Shown here in pieces: positions 23,417 to 38,389 of a DNA stretch of 64,000 nt; within the stretch, counting starts at the first letter, position 1, and each line of letters opens with the position of its first letter. A program made the position numbers and the translations under genes. Source of the stretch: Lobosporangium transversale. Taxonomy: Eukaryota. The notes beneath the pieces were generated by a model. It saw only the letters and a program-made list of their open reading frames with translations. It searched no databases and was not told the origin of the DNA. The stretch lies in assembly GCF_002105155.1 (NCBI RefSeq), contig NW_019028999.1, forward strand, positions 248,001 through 312,000, written 5' to 3'.

Positions 23417-25919
23417 TTGTTTGCTAGGCACAACCGCCACCACATCAGCCTTGGAGAGAAGACGCATGAGCACCAAAAAAAAAAAAAAAAAAAAAAAAAA
23501 AGTTATTCTATACTTTGCTGTGCTATGCCTTAGGTAGTTTTAAAAAAAAAAATACAACAGAGTATGATTGTGTTAGATGAATGGGAATCTGTGAAATGTG
23601 GAATCTGTGTCCTGGCTAAAAAAAAAAAAGAGATGGGCCTACGGTTTTTCACAGAGGTTGGTTAAATTAGTGTACATTTTTTTATTTTTAGGAAACACGC
23701 GCCATCCAAAAGACCCTGAGCAGGAAGCTTAGCAAATATTAGAACTATCGACATGAAGTGAAGGCTTTGATTTATGAGCATTCGGTATTTAGAGATTTAA
23801 GTAGGCTCGTTCCCAGCCCCTTCACTTTAGGTGACTCAAAAAGGAAATGGAATTTCCTGTCACCTTTATAAAGTGAAGAGGGATGGGAACGAGCCTACCT
23901 ACTGATACAACACAAGTGCAAAGAAGGGTATATGCAAGATAATTTCCTTTTTGGACACGCACCGACCTGTGAATTGTAAAGATCAAGTCTTCTAAGATTT
24001 GCTGGGTTTTTTTTGGGGGGAGAGGGCACAATGACATTGGCATGGCCGCGGAGAAAGACATGTGGTACATGGGCTACATGTCCAGTTTTTTTTTTAGTGA
24101 TTTGATGAAAGATAAACTTCTTTGATAAAGACAAAAGCTCATATATTTGTGGGGTAGAAAGAAGGGAAAGAATAGATCAGGCTTGTATTGATTCATGCAT
24201 CGTTCTTTAGAATGGTTCCACCTCACTCTCTGATCCTTTGTACATTACTTGTAAGCAACAAATGAATCGACTAAGCAACTTACTCCACATTGAAATGAAG
24301 AGTGGTTTGAAATAAGGTATCTTCTAGTCGCGTATGTTTGGCACCCTGCCCTTCAGTTTTCTGTCGTCTGAGAACCATACCCCATGATCTTTTTGTTTTC
24401 CATATTTCAGCCACATGTGTCTGTTCTTCGTTTTAATGCAGTGTGATATTATATCCATTGTTGCATTCCCCTTTATTACTTCATTTTACTATTTTTATTC
24501 GTTGTAGAATCAAGATAAGCGATATCTCGGCAACACAAACGAGACAAAGCGTTGTACACATTGAATAAAAGGCGAGATTGGGCTACCATCCTGTTTTATG
24601 GACATTTGGTACATGATCAAGTTATTTAAACTAAATGGAGCGATTGAACTGATCTAGTGGCTGATTTTACATTTCATCACCTAAGATAGAGTTGCAAGCC
24701 TATTCAATAAATACATGGGGTCGCGTCCAGACATAAATATCAACATTTTAATAGCAAGGTAGCGTAGTAACCTCATAATAACAATAGCAATAAAAAATAT
24801 TAAAGAAAGGAAATCAGGCTTGCAATGTTGGGCTTCCGGAATTGAAGGGGTTCGAAGAAGATAAAGAGACTCTAGCTACTATAATGGGGTACAAGCTGAG
24901 CAGCTGGCAAGATAAAAAAAAAAAAGCTGATTGTGAACTATTAAAGATGATACAAATAAGAGGCCTGAGCATTCTGCATGGAGGTTTGTCTGGCGTTCCA
25001 GTGCACGAGCAACAGCCCCAGTTTGGGTTACGCCTCCTTTTCCTTTTTTTTTTTTTTTTTAATTTAACGACTTAGTGAATATTTACGAAGAGCAACTAGA
25101 AAATAGGTGAAGTGCTAGAATCATCTTACGGTTAGGCCAGGATTTGTATTATGAACCTGATCATAGAGCTATTCTTCACAAGACCGGGTTAGACCAGTGA
25201 ACCAGAGAAGACTCTCTAATGTCTAGGGATGAAACCGTCCAAAGGGCGCCAGTAATTACCAACGAGAGCACCTAAGGCTTTCGGAGTTGTTCCAAGCTTT
25301 TATTTTCTTTTTATTCATTCTTCATATAAAAGCATGCACTGTAACTCAAAAGTTGTTCTATTGCTATAGCCTCATAGAATTACACGATATATATATATGA
25401 TCAAAGAAACAAAAGAAAAAGCTCTTGTTGAACCATAAAAGGCTAGGGTAGTGAATGAATGAATATCAGGGGCCGAGACAACTCTGATATTTAAGTGTGC
25501 CATCCACTCATGTAAACTCAGACAGAGAGACAAGGATTATATATTTATATAAATATATAAATATAAGGACAATATATAGATAATACAAATATCTTTTGAA
25601 TGGTGAGGATGTCTTCCGAAATGTTAAAGTGTCATGCGACAAGAAATGGAACTCCAAATTAACTGTCCTCTCTGCCTCTGACTCTTTCTTCATTGATTAT
25701 GGCTGATACTGAAAGAGTGGGATATGAGATCAAAAAGCTTTCAAAATCAAAATCAAAATCTACTATGATGTGCCCATATCATGCCTCTGCTTGGTTATTA
25801 ATCCCTTTATTAAGTCGTGGTATTAATCAGCATTGCGCATTAAATGAATCGCGATTTCTTTTTTTTTTTTTTTTTTTTTTTCTACAAGAACAACAAGTAT
25901 CACTGGAGCCCTTACTGTG

Positions 25920-25955
<36 letters not shown>

Positions 25956-27006
25956 CTCTTGACTCTCTGATGGCATAAATAACCATGCTCCGTGTGTTGT
26001 TTGCCAGTCTTTTCTATTCCGTGAAATAGAAGCTCTCTTTCTTTCTTCTTTCTTTCCTTCTTTTTTTTTTTTTTTTTTGGTTTTTCATCCTTTTTAAAAT
26101 TAATAAAATATCTGTGTATACATATACTGATTGACCAAGCCTACGTTTGTCTACAGTTAAAATGTGAGTAAAAAAGATTGAGATCGGGAATGGAAAAGGA
26201 AAGGGAATACAAAGCTTTGTTTATAGAACTTTTTTCATCAAGGACGATCAGCCACAAGTGTTGTGTTTTGGTGGAGTGTTCAAGATAAACAATCAGAGAC
26301 TTCTCTGATGTAAGCGGTAAAGAATGATAAAAGCAAGTATACATAGACATCTAAATGAGAGACAGAAGCAAGAAAAAACGAGTTCTGAACGATGGACGAG
26401 AATGGTTCCGTGTTGCGAAAAAGGAAAGCACGAGAGCAGCAAAAAGATCAACATGCCTGATTGTACTCAAAAAGTATGTCCAGAGCCAGTGGGATCACAA
26501 AGACAAAGCAACTTTGAAGTTCAACGCGAGAGACCAATCGCAAACAAAAAAAAAAAAAAAAAAAAAAAAAAAAGACTTTTGAATGAATACCTTCCATTCA
26601 TCCATACACTTGTAATATAACATGTATAGCATACATGTGTATACATACTCAACATATTCTTGTTGAATGGACTAATTTCACTCAAACACTTTTCAGTATC
26701 TCACTCTCGCCCCACATCTACAGCCATGGACACTAACAAGCTCAATGCTGTGGGGATGAGCTAACTGGACATTGTCAACACTACATATTTGTATATGTTT
26801 TTATGCATCGCTGTGGATTAGATGCATTGAAAAATAAACATGATGAACATGTGTGTGAATGAGCAAGGCACAGTTCTGCATCAACATTAAACCATTAAAC
26901 ACAAACGCAAACAAACAAAAATCAAAACAGCCAAAACAAACAAAACAAACTAAAACCTTGTAACTGTAGTTCATATCGTTCATTTTTGAATGGGTTATTT
27001 TACCTT

Positions 27007-27040
<34 letters not shown>

Positions 27041-27425
27041 TTTCTTTCTTTCTCCCTTCCCTCTTCCTCTCCCTCTTCCTCTCCCTCTTTCTCTTTCTCT
27101 TTCTCTTTACTCTTACTCTTTTTACTATTTTTTTTATTCTCTTTTCTCGCTTTTTTTCATTCTCCTGTCGGTATACATTTGTATTTTTAATTGATATTGT
27201 CTCATTGCTCGGCTTTTCAACTCCTCTCCATCACTCATCCTTTATTAGACTCTTAGATTCTCCATCCTCTTGTCCTCTCGATCTACACTCCTCCCGCTTG
27301 TACGCCACGCTGCCCTTTCCATTAGTGCCTGATTTCCCTACCCATCTTTTTCACGCCTTCCACGTTCTCTCTCTCCCTTCATTACTTTGCACCTTCTACC
27401 ATAACAAATATACACAATGTTCGGA

Positions 27426-30394
27426 ATGCAATCCAACATGATACCCAAAGCCTGTATTATTACAGAGGAAATTTCATCTACGAGTTCAATTAAGAGTGGG
27501 AAGAGTAATAAAAGCAATAAAAGCCTTAGCAATGGCATTGACGTTCCCGAAATATCGAGCAATAACCTCACAAATATTGCAAGCCCAACAAGTCCATCTA
27601 GCAAATTCACAGGACTCTTTAAAAGTAATAGTTTTAGAAGTGGAGCCATATCATCAGCAGCTTCTGCAAGCAATCAATCAGCAAATCAGCGCAGCATGGG
27701 GTCGTTGACCGAGGAAGAATACCAGAAATCAGTAGACCTAAATAGTTATCGCCAAAGCCTTCAGTGGCTTCAACAAACCTGTCGACCTGTGCTCATGAAA
27801 GAGTTGTCTCAAATCAGCTCTGTGCCGGTCCCGATCACGCCTAGCAATGCTAAACATCCCAGTATGATTGGCGGGGTCCAGCAGGTGCAGGTCGCCATCT
27901 GGAAGCAGTGCCAGGTTCAAGTCCTACCTGCGGATCGCTGGGGAAATCCAGATGATGTACTATTAGAGGTAAGAATAAAAAATCTAGAAGACAAGAAATT
28001 AGCTTCAGGGATGCAATGCAATCAACACGATTCCGTTTCACTCATTTACGTTCCAGCCAACGCGACTTCTGCGTCTCACGCATTGATACACTACCATTCT
28101 TAAAGTACTCAAAATCATCAAAATGCTCGTCTCTGTTCATCGTTTTATGCCATCTTTCTTACAGCCAGGCTCATGACCGTTTGCCTCCTTCCCTTCATGT
28201 CTTTTTTTGGACAACATTCCAGTCCTTGCTCACTCAATCTTATCGACTCCTCTCCTCTCACAAAAACACAAGAGCTCTCTTCTCTTCTGTCTACCTACAG
28301 ACGTATATCTTTTTTTCCTTTACCTTTCCCCTTTCCTTGCTCTCAATTCCCGATCCTACACCTCTGTTTTATTAAAACAATTTTGCGCACAAACCTTTAC
28401 TCAAAATTATACCAGGGGTTTGGCACTGCTGCAATGGCCTTTTTTTTCCTCTTGACAGTTATTTCTCACCCTTCTTGTGCAACTTTAATTTTGGAGAGAT
28501 AAAATAAATAAACATGACTAACCGTCCAGTCTGACGGTGTCTAGATCCAAGCGCTTCACAAGCTTCGCAAGTGCCGGCAAATCATTCAACTGTACGGCTA
28601 TTTGCCGAATAGCTCACAAACATCAGTCCAGATTCCAGCTCTGCTCCTTCAACAACCTTCCTATGGTTCGCTCCGTCAATTCCTCGATCATCATTTTGAC
28701 TCAATCCAATGGCCTGAGCGCTATAAGTTAGCCTTGGACATGGCCCAAGGCCTCCGGTTTTTGATCTCAAACGATGTCCCCTGCACTATGCACTCGGGCA
28801 ACGTTCTTGTCGATAACGAAGGTGTTGCTATTCTGACTGGATTCGGCATCCCTGGAGGTCTCGTCACCTCAGCACCTTGCCAAATGACAGCCCAGCCCAG
28901 CCCAGCTTCATTAATTGTCTACATGGCTCCTGAAAAACTTCAGGGAAAAGAAAACTACAATCCCGACTGGGAAGTGTACTCACTCGGAATTCTGTTATGG
29001 GAGCTTTCATCAGGTCGTATCCCGTTTGATGAAATTATTGCTCGCGCTGAATCTGGCCCCAGACTTGCAAAAAGCATGGAGCAGCTGTCCTCAGCAATCA
29101 TCAAAGGCCTTCGTGAGGAGACAGTCCCTGGCACTCCTGAGATCTACGAGCAACTCTTCAAAATGTGTTGGGAAGGAGAGGCAGAGTCAAGACCACCGCT
29201 TGAGGTTGTCGAGGAGACATTACAAATGCTTGTCGTTGTTGAGCCTATGGATATGCTGATGCTACCAGGCGATGATACTGGAATGTCCATCTCAACAGTG
29301 GGTAAGTAGAGCACATATGCTTTGGAAGAGACTCACAATAAATACACTGCATACTAACCTGTATATCTTTCATTTATGACGAAAATACAGTCTCTGATAG
29401 CATCGATGCGGACGCCATAAGCACTCATATGCGCTCCAACAGCATCCGCTCAACTTCCCCAGGTTCAAGCCAAGTTCGTTCTTTTACCCGTCCACAGACT
29501 CTTCACCAAGCTGTCAGTGTCTCTAACCCAGATATGACTGAGTGGTACATTCTTTCTGGTCATGATATCAATGGTTACGCGATCGTCCCCACATACTCAT
29601 TAGAGTGTGAAATCACTCCTATCTTGACATGCCTTGGCCATTTTTTACCAAATTCGCTCCCCATACTTAAGGAACTCCTAGATCAAGAGGCCGATATCAC
29701 ACTTCTTGCAAAGCGATCTAACCAATCATGTCTGCATATTCTCCTGGATCGCTATATACCTTTCAAGAACGATAGTGGCTCTTCACATTTGTTTGCGGCT
29801 CTTGATATGCTCCTTGATGCTGGCGCCGAGCCTAATGCCAAAGATGTACAGGGATATACACCATTACATTTACTCATGAAGAACCCCAAGATTGGAACTG
29901 AAGATGTAGTGGAGGCTATGAACAGGATGGTTGCAAAGGGGGCGGACACATCCATCCAAGCACCGCGCGATGGAAATGTTTTAGCTTTGGCAGCCAAATA
30001 TCTCCACTTCGAGGCTGTTCGAACCATCCTGGACGCAGACATGCTGGCTTCAGAGCCAGAGTCTATACAACAAGCAGTTGAAGCTTGCATGACCATGACA
30101 GGGCGTACAACTGACAAGTTTGTGAACCTAAGAACCAAAACGAGGGAGTTCCTAAAGCTTTGGACTGGCAAGGCTGGTGCACCAAGGAGAGAAAAGGTTG
30201 CCATCAAAGTCCTGACAGACGCTGGTTTCCTTGACTCAACCGGTCTCCGGACTAAAGGGAAGCCAGGCAAAATAGTAGTCCCTCAAGCACAGTTAGATTG
30301 TGCAAATTTGTATTATGACACCCATATCAAGAAGAAGCGTGAACTGGTGCTAAACAACATGGGTGGCGTGCATGGAATGATTCTCTCCATCTGA
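27426..30394 (+). CDS. TKL-type pseudokinase with C-terminal ankyrin repeats; exons ~27426-27968, 28545-29301, 29391-30394
   Basis: YGSLRQFL..WPERYKLALDMAQGLRFL..HSGNVLV..YMAPE..VYSLGILLWEL..CWE..RP; ankyrin motifs LLDAGAEPNAKDVQGYTPLH. Confidence 0.85.
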
Positions 30395-31990
30395 TTAACA
30401 AATTGGATTTCATGCGACTTAATACATATCCTTACAAATCAAACAATTTTCTGTTGACACAAATAATTAATGATCATTTACACAAGTTTTTTGTTGTCAT
30501 TGAATGCTATGCTTTCTTCATTACGCATCTTATCCCTGTGCATTTTTCAAACCAGAGACTATCTTTGGCCACTCGTTTAGACGCCAGGTGGCGCTCATCA
30601 CAAAAAAATAAGTTTTCCCGCCAAAAAAAAAAAAAAAAAAAAAAAAAAACTAGAGAGAATGGATGTTACCGCCTGGCGCAGCAATGACACATAAATAGCG
30701 GAGTGGAGGAGTGAATTAAATGGGTCAAAGGCAGATCAACCTTAATGGTTTGCTGCGAGTATGGCGCACTCATTGATCAGGCTTTCTCAATGCAGGGTGG
30801 GTTACAAGAGCCTGATGGATAGTCACTCGTCTTTTTATTTATTTTTTTTTTTAAATGTCAGAAAGAGTAAAAGGGAAATTCACGCCATAGACAATTCTAC
30901 CCCCCTGCACCCTACCCCATTTCCGGGCACCGGGCCTGTCACGCTCACGCTAATGATTCGTTTTTTTGAGTGAGACACAAATACGAAATACACATGTACA
31001 TTATTCATGAACGCAATAAAATCAGTTTCTCATCCTTCTTCTGCTTTCCACACACATTCTTCATTGTCGTCCGTTTACTCCTTTGTTCTTGATAATCCAC
31101 AGGCCATTTAAGCAGGTAAAAGTAACAACCTGTCTTTATTACTTTATTATATACTCTATTTTGTTTGGGCTGATATTTGTGAGAGGAAAAGCTGTGTCTT
31201 TGTGTGCGATCTCTTCTCACAGGGCCAAAGTATTACAAACAAGCATGCTCTTAATAAATGATAGCAACCAACATCGACAACATTCAACATACAAAAGTAC
31301 ACATCACAACATACCTCACCTGCGTCCTGCTATGATATTTATTATCGTTATAATATTCTATTGTTTTGCTGCACTACAATCATAAACATCTCTCTTCTCT
31401 TTCACTCACACTTTCTTTGTTCCCTGTCCTGATCACATCCTACTCAAAACTTCGACTCTGATCTTTCCTTTCATCCTTCTCCTCCCTCTCTCTCCAATCC
31501 TCAACATCCACTCCTGTGCTTATAATCTCGTCTACAACTCGATCCTTTGAGTTTGTCTTTTCCGACCGCGTCCTCAACCTCCTTTTCTTTTCTGTCTCCT
31601 CTTCCTGCTCACTCTTCCCCTCTCCTGTCTTTCAACTCTCAACACAATAAATAACAGTTGAACACTTACACCTTTCTCACCCACTCACACCATAACGGCT
31701 ACAGTCTTGAAAACCAAACTCCCCCTCCCTTAGGGCATTGTCAATCCATCCCGCTCACTCATTTATTTTTGTCTTTCCTCTTTCTTTTCTCATACTCACA
31801 ACCCCCAGAAGGCCCAAATCTAGTATCAAGCATTTCTTTTAGCAAATCTATATCGACCTTGGTGTGCAATCACCTAGAAAAGTCGACCTTGCCTTGGCCA
31901 CCTCCTTGGACAGTCAGCGACTTTAGCATATAGAAAGGACAGCCAGGTAGTCTCATTTTGTCTGGTGAGCATACTGATAAAAGAGGAGCC

Positions 31991-32628
31991 ATGGAGGACA
32001 GCACAATCCTCTCCCTGTGCTTTCCCTCTGCGCAAGTAGGCGATCCAGTGGACGAGAATACAACAAGAATATTTCAAAAGCTCTGTGAAGAGCAAAATCG
32101 AGTTAATCAATGTCAAGCAGCTCTCCATGTTGCTGTTGATAAGAATAATATCTCATCAACGAACAGTACTAAGACGCCACTTACTACTCAATCGCCCTGG
32201 TCTCTCGATACTTGTCAGACGAGTGTCATTTACAATATAACACTGTTGGGATCATATCAGAATGTCATGCTCGCTCGAGGAACATTCTTACGCAATAGTC
32301 CATTGAAGGTAACGAGGTTTTGATCCCATGGTTTTTGGGAAAAAAATAAGTAGAGGATAGCTAGACTGTTGTCAAAGCAATTTTCTCCCATTTCATCCCT
32401 CTCTCATCAAGATGTTAGGATGATGCTTGAGGCTAGCTCAACAGATTACGATGTTCATGTTATTTGTTTAGCTCATGGCATCGTTTTGTCTGATCAACCT
32501 TTTCTATTGAGCTGATTCCTTCCCGCAGTATCCCTAACACATTATTCATTTTTTTGAGAGTCTGGCGTGTAAGGGTTTGTTTACGCAAACGGCCTGTTTG
32601 TTTATTTGAATATGACTGGCAAATGGGC

Positions 32629-32669
<41 letters not shown>

Positions 32670-35600
32670 AGGAACCTTGGAGAAACCCAAGATTGGTAGA
32701 TGATGTCGGATATGGGCGCTCTCTTCTGGATGCAATATGCATAGACGCTGCAATTAAATCAGTACCATCATCAACCAGTACCTATCTATAGATAGATATT
32801 CTTGGTTATGGCAGAATTCAATGGATTGAACTCTCTCATGTTTGCGATCTGAAGTTGTTTTTCGATAATACCATGAATACACCTGCTTACCACGCTGTTA
32901 TATCTCTACATTCTACACTCTCTGTAGCCAAGACTTTCCTTTCCTGTCAGCAAAGCATTGATTTTTTCGGACATTACAGATACATCGTTAATGAACAGAC
33001 CACATGATCAGCCCTCAACTGCGATTGATCAACAGCCAATTATCGGATCAGAAGAAGCGCTTAAACCTGGCTCAATACCAACAACCGTTGCATCGGCTGG
33101 AACATCTATTGTACAAGGCGACCTGATAACAGATATAGATACCCAAAACCAGACTCTCATGATGCTGCCCACAGCTAAGAAATCAAAGCAGGATAGTGGT
33201 ACGCAGAATGAATCTGGAGCAGAATCTACAGCGCTAGATGGGAAGGTTATTTCAGCTCAATCAAAACAAAACTCATCCCCATCCTCATCGACTACACATT
33301 TACCCATGGTTCGTCCCCAGTTTAAAGCTTCTGTTGACGAGATTTCTGCAACAACGAGGACTTCAATCACACTCTTGTCTAGCTCTGCACATACTACTTC
33401 ATCAGGGCATAGCCCTGTTGCGGGATATTCTAGACAGGACATTGTTGAACTTCAAGTAACTGGATCCTGGGAGAATGCTGAGGCCGCTCGACTTTTGTTG
33501 CTTGTCGCTATTGATACCCTGAAACCTGGCATTATCGCGGAAAAACTCACTGTCGAGCTCAAATACCAAAATATGATTGGTGGAAGAAAACGTCAGGATA
33601 TTCAGGAACTAATGGCAAAAACCAACACGAGCATCTATCTAACATCTCCCCTTGTACAAACTGCCAATAAGAGTGGTGCTCCTGTCGATACACGTTATAA
33701 CGACATCTACATTACAGGGGAATCAAAACAAGTTGCCATTGCCAAGGACACTCTATCAAGCGCATACCATAGGGCTCAAGCAATGTCCATTTCTTGTACC
33801 CGTCAAGTAAACATTGCAACTCGTAAGCTGGATTGGATGATGCTGAACCATCGCGAGAAGTTGCGTGGCATCATGATTGACAATGCTACCTTTATCGCCT
33901 TCCCCCCATTGGGTGGCACACATTTTACCATATCGGTTTATGGCGAATCGAATGTAAACGTGGAGAGGACTATTCGCACTGTGATGCAGCTGGTAAGTCT
34001 GCATGCTGATTAATGTTGAACCCACTTTTTATGATTTACCGAATTTATATGACTATCCAATGGACATGGCATTGACTCATATAAACATTATTTTACGTCC
34101 TTTAGTCATGCCACTTTCACTCAGGATCTATAACGATGAGGGACCTTGGACCTTCTATAAATTTTCCACAAATGCTACCATCTCTAGCTAATATTTGCAA
34201 GCATGTTTCACAGACTTCGGGATCTGAGGTTGAGTACCGTAATAATGGCTTTTCTGTCTTTGGCAGTGAGACGCAAATCAGAATGGCAATGCAAATTTTG
34301 ACTGAGATGGAGATGGTCAAAGCACTTCATTCAGAGTTTAAATTCTCGGTTGAGCTGGCGAACGAACATCGGGAATTTATTTCCGGGAAGAAGAATGGCA
34401 AGATTAACAGGATCATGAAGGCTACTGGAGCTAAAATCAAGTTTGATCAGTGCAACGAGTACAACTTTTATGTCGATTTAAGCTCAGGCATCGCTGTGAA
34501 AGCTATGGAAGCGCTTGTTTTATTGCAGGAGGAGCTACCTGCGGAGATTTCGTTCTTCGTGCCTGAGGCGTATCACAAGCGGATCATCGGTGTTGGTGGC
34601 AAGAATATCCAACGAATCATGAAGAAGTATGGGGTGTACGTCAAGTTCTCGAATTCTGAGGAGTTTGCGACATTAGGGGGTTATTTCGACAATTTAGACA
34701 ATGTTGTAGCTCGAACGCCATCCAAGAATGCTATCAATCTTGAGAATCTAAAGCAAGGAGTTATGGAGTTTGTGAATGCCAAGGACAAGGATTTTGTCAG
34801 TCACCGATTACTTATTCCAAAGCAGCAGCATCTCCCATTACTATGCAGCCAAGCAGTCGCACTTAGAGAGATTTACGAGGCCACTAATGCTACGATTTTA
34901 TTCCCTGCACGCGAGACAGGAAGCGATATTGTAGTGGTTTTTGGCCCAGAATCATTAATCCAGCAGGCAATTACCATGCTGTTGTCTATGGTTAATGAGC
35001 GCTATGCTCTTTCTGTCAAGTCCTCAGATGCTATGTATGCTGTACTAGCACTTCCAGAGTTTAAGTCCCAAGTAGTTGACGAGATGAAGCGCGCATGGAA
35101 TATGACATTAATTATTCCACAGAACAATAATGCTGGTTCAGGACAGGTTCAACAGTTTATCGATCAAAACGATGTCCCGACCTCATTACCATCGCCATCT
35201 TCTACAGCTACAGAAAATGTGGAGGTGGAGTTCATTGCACAGAATGGCGTATCAAGTGGTACTTCCAAAGTTCACCGCAGTAATATTGACAGTAAAGCAG
35301 CGAAAGAGCTGCACTTATCAAAGATATCTAATGAAGACAAATCGAATAAGCCGCAGCATGACCATGTTTTTATTTTCGAGTATACGCGTAATAATGAGGA
35401 TTATCTGAAGGATGCCAAAGACTTGCTGATACGGTTCCTGGCTAGTCACCAAATTGAGGTTTATAATGATGAACTTAAGGTTCCACGATTACGCTCGAGC
35501 TCCTTTGGAGAAACTTTCATCCCTCTTCACGATAGGGTTATCTCATTGACTACTAATGATTGTAAGTGTACTATTATGAGGTACGGAATATGGGTTTATC

Positions 35601-37558
35601 TTATTGAGCATAAAAAACTAACGCCTTAGCATTCTTTTTCAAAAAAAAAAAAAAAAAAAAAAAAAAAAACAGCCACTACTCAAAGTACACCTGATTATGT
35701 TTTATTCGACACTACTACATCTGCCAATGAATCAATTAGCTGTAGTTCTGGAGCTATTGGCGGACCCTTCCTTGGAACTGGGGACATCCGGTCGCTCTTT
35801 ACGCCGTCAACTGCCTCCAGTCTTCTAACACTAGATACGTCTCCTCCAAGACGGCCGGATCACTCTCGTCATCTAGGCGCTTTACCAGGATCGCCTTCTA
35901 CTCATAGCCCAAATGCATCGGTATCTGGAACAACCTTTGGATTGAGTCAAAGTCCAAGCAGTGTTAAACCATACTCCCGCACAACTTCGCTACCAGCAGA
36001 CCCATGGACGCCAAACAAGCACCAACAGCGTCAGTTACAGTCGTCAACCGGCTACCTCGGATCCATCGGCGAGCTACGCTCCACAGTGCCTGGATACTAT
36101 TCTCCTGGCGGTTACTCTCAGCCTCAGCAAGCATGTGTGTCTGCATCCGACCTTACATTCAGTAAAGCGCCTGGATTTCAAATATCACCTGCTTCGAGCC
36201 ATCGCTATTCTAGCGGAGATTCCCCAGTACATGGACCTATCAACACTATGCCAACTTTGGGCAACTTTGTGAATCATGCTTCACCTCAACGTTCATCATC
36301 TCAAAGGTCATCTATAGGTTTCTCCAATAATTGGAGCAGTCTACAGTACCTTGAAGAGAAACCGATCACTGGGATGACATTTGGACCTGGCTACGGACCA
36401 TCTCTGAACGGCGGAAATGGACGTGCGAGTCATCAGCAACAGATTAACTTTCAACAACAGTCTTCGCTTTATGGATATCAGCAACAATCTCCGTCCTTTC
36501 ACACGTATACACAAGCACAACAAGCACAACAAGCACAGCAAACGCAACAAGCACAATCTCAACAGCAGCAGCAGCAACAACAGGGGCTTTCAAGTCAACC
36601 ATACGCTTCTCATATTCATCCTCAACCGAGCATACCGTATCCGCAGCATCGTCAACGCCACTCGAGCCAAAACAGCGCGGCCAGCCATCATACAATGGGA
36701 CTTGGCCCCCTCGGGTGTGGGCCGAATTCAACTGGAGGGAGCGTCAACAGCGATGAATTCTCAACTGAGGAAGACAGTGATGAGGTCTTTGATGAGATGA
36801 GGAACCGTCAGAAGATGCAGTCCTCTTCATCTTCTTTATTCCAACCATCTCATGTTATCCAACCTGGTCATCATCAAAACATACTTGGAAGTGGATATGA
36901 AGGCTATTCGTCCCATAACTCTTCGTCCTCAAGTCTGCTGAACCGTCGAGGATCTGCAGGATCGACCCATAGCATCAGCCTTCACCACCACCAACAACAG
37001 CAACAGCAGCTTTATGGACCAAAAGCGTTAGATTGCTCTTCAAACCTAAGCAGCGCCAATCTTGATCTTTATATACAAAACCCGCTCGTGAACGCCATGG
37101 AAAAGCATTCTATCAATAACCAATCGGAGAGTGATATGAATGTCAACGGTGGCCGCACATCGCAGGGAAGAATTGGTCAGGCTTCTAACCGCCAATCTTC
37201 GGGCATAGGTCTACCCAGCTTTTTAGCAGGATCAAGGTTTGAGGATGATCGTAGTGGATTCTTCGCGAATGGCTTTGGTGGTATTATTGGTGAGGATGCT
37301 CATGGCTACGGCCATGTCAATGGGTCCTTTTCTGGGCCTGCTCAATTTCTCCATGGCAATCACTTTGGGACCACTACACATTCTAGCGCGCTTGAGAGCA
37401 TTGGAGGCGCTGGTGATAGCAATGGGCTCATCAATGATTATCGGGCTGGTGGCCATACTGTATCAACATCCCATCTCTTCTTGGAATCGCCACTACATCA
37501 TGGACAGGCGATAGATCGTACTGCCGAGGTGGATCATATTGCTCGATGGGATCGCTAA
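31991..37558 (+). CDS. Multi-KH-domain RNA-binding protein (S. pombe Mug60-like) with a Q/S/H-rich C-terminus; exons 31991-32308, 32928-33992, 34106-35561, 35673-37558
   Basis: KH GxxG loops: HREFISGKKNGKINRIMK, YHKRIIGVGGKNIQRIMKKYGVYVKF, MIGGRKR; all GT-AG junctions in frame. Confidence 0.88.
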
Positions 37559-38389
37559 TCGTAGTAGTTTCAACATCCAGGTTATTAACCGAATTACGAT
37601 CATTAGCAGCTGCACTCGTGATTCAAATACCATTGTTACTCTTACACGCACGCAGTCAATGTTTTTCTCTCTTTCTCTAATCTGTGTATATGCTTTCTTT
37701 CTTTCTTCTTTCTTTGTTTTTTTTTTTTTTTTTTTGTGCCTGCTTTTACGTTTCAGCATTTTCTTGAGGTTTGTAGCATATTGTATCATAATCAATATTT
37801 TCTCATCCTCTATCACAAATCTGCAGTTTTTTTTTTTTTTTTTTTTTTTTTTTTGATTTCTGTGATACATATTGCATTGCACTTGTCAGTCTTTTCATAG
37901 ACTTGTTCTAGCGTTCAAACGCTATTCTCTGTGCTCTTTTATTCTTTCACAGTCGATTCCCATTGCATCATTTTAAACCCTTGCTAATCAATAACCTAAC
38001 AACAAAGACACTGAGCATAATAAAAAATAAAAATGTAAAGATCGTGTTTGTGAATCTAATGCATTGGAAGCCCGCACAATGTAAATTCTGTCGTTATCAA
38101 GAGACTAAAACACCGCTTCGCCATAACTGCCGGCAAGACACTGGTAAGAACCTCAAAATGCGACGACGCAGGCCCTGCTGCAACAGGAAAGAGAGTGGCG
38201 GCACTAAAGCAACCAACTTTGGGACCAAATGAAAGGGGGCGGATGGCAATAATACCAACTAAAGAGAACATGAAGCGCCATAAAAATAACAAGAAAAAAA
38301 AAAAAAAAAAAAAAAAAAGCAAAGATTTGGCATCATTACCAATAAACCATTTATAAGACTCTATCTTGTTAAGTTTTAAAGAGAGACTA

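Noticed and set aside
26986..27441. Phe/Leu-rich 151-aa ORF and similar poly-F/poly-K ORFs across the window
   Set aside because: Translations of poly(T)/poly(A) and CT-rich promoter or UTR tracts
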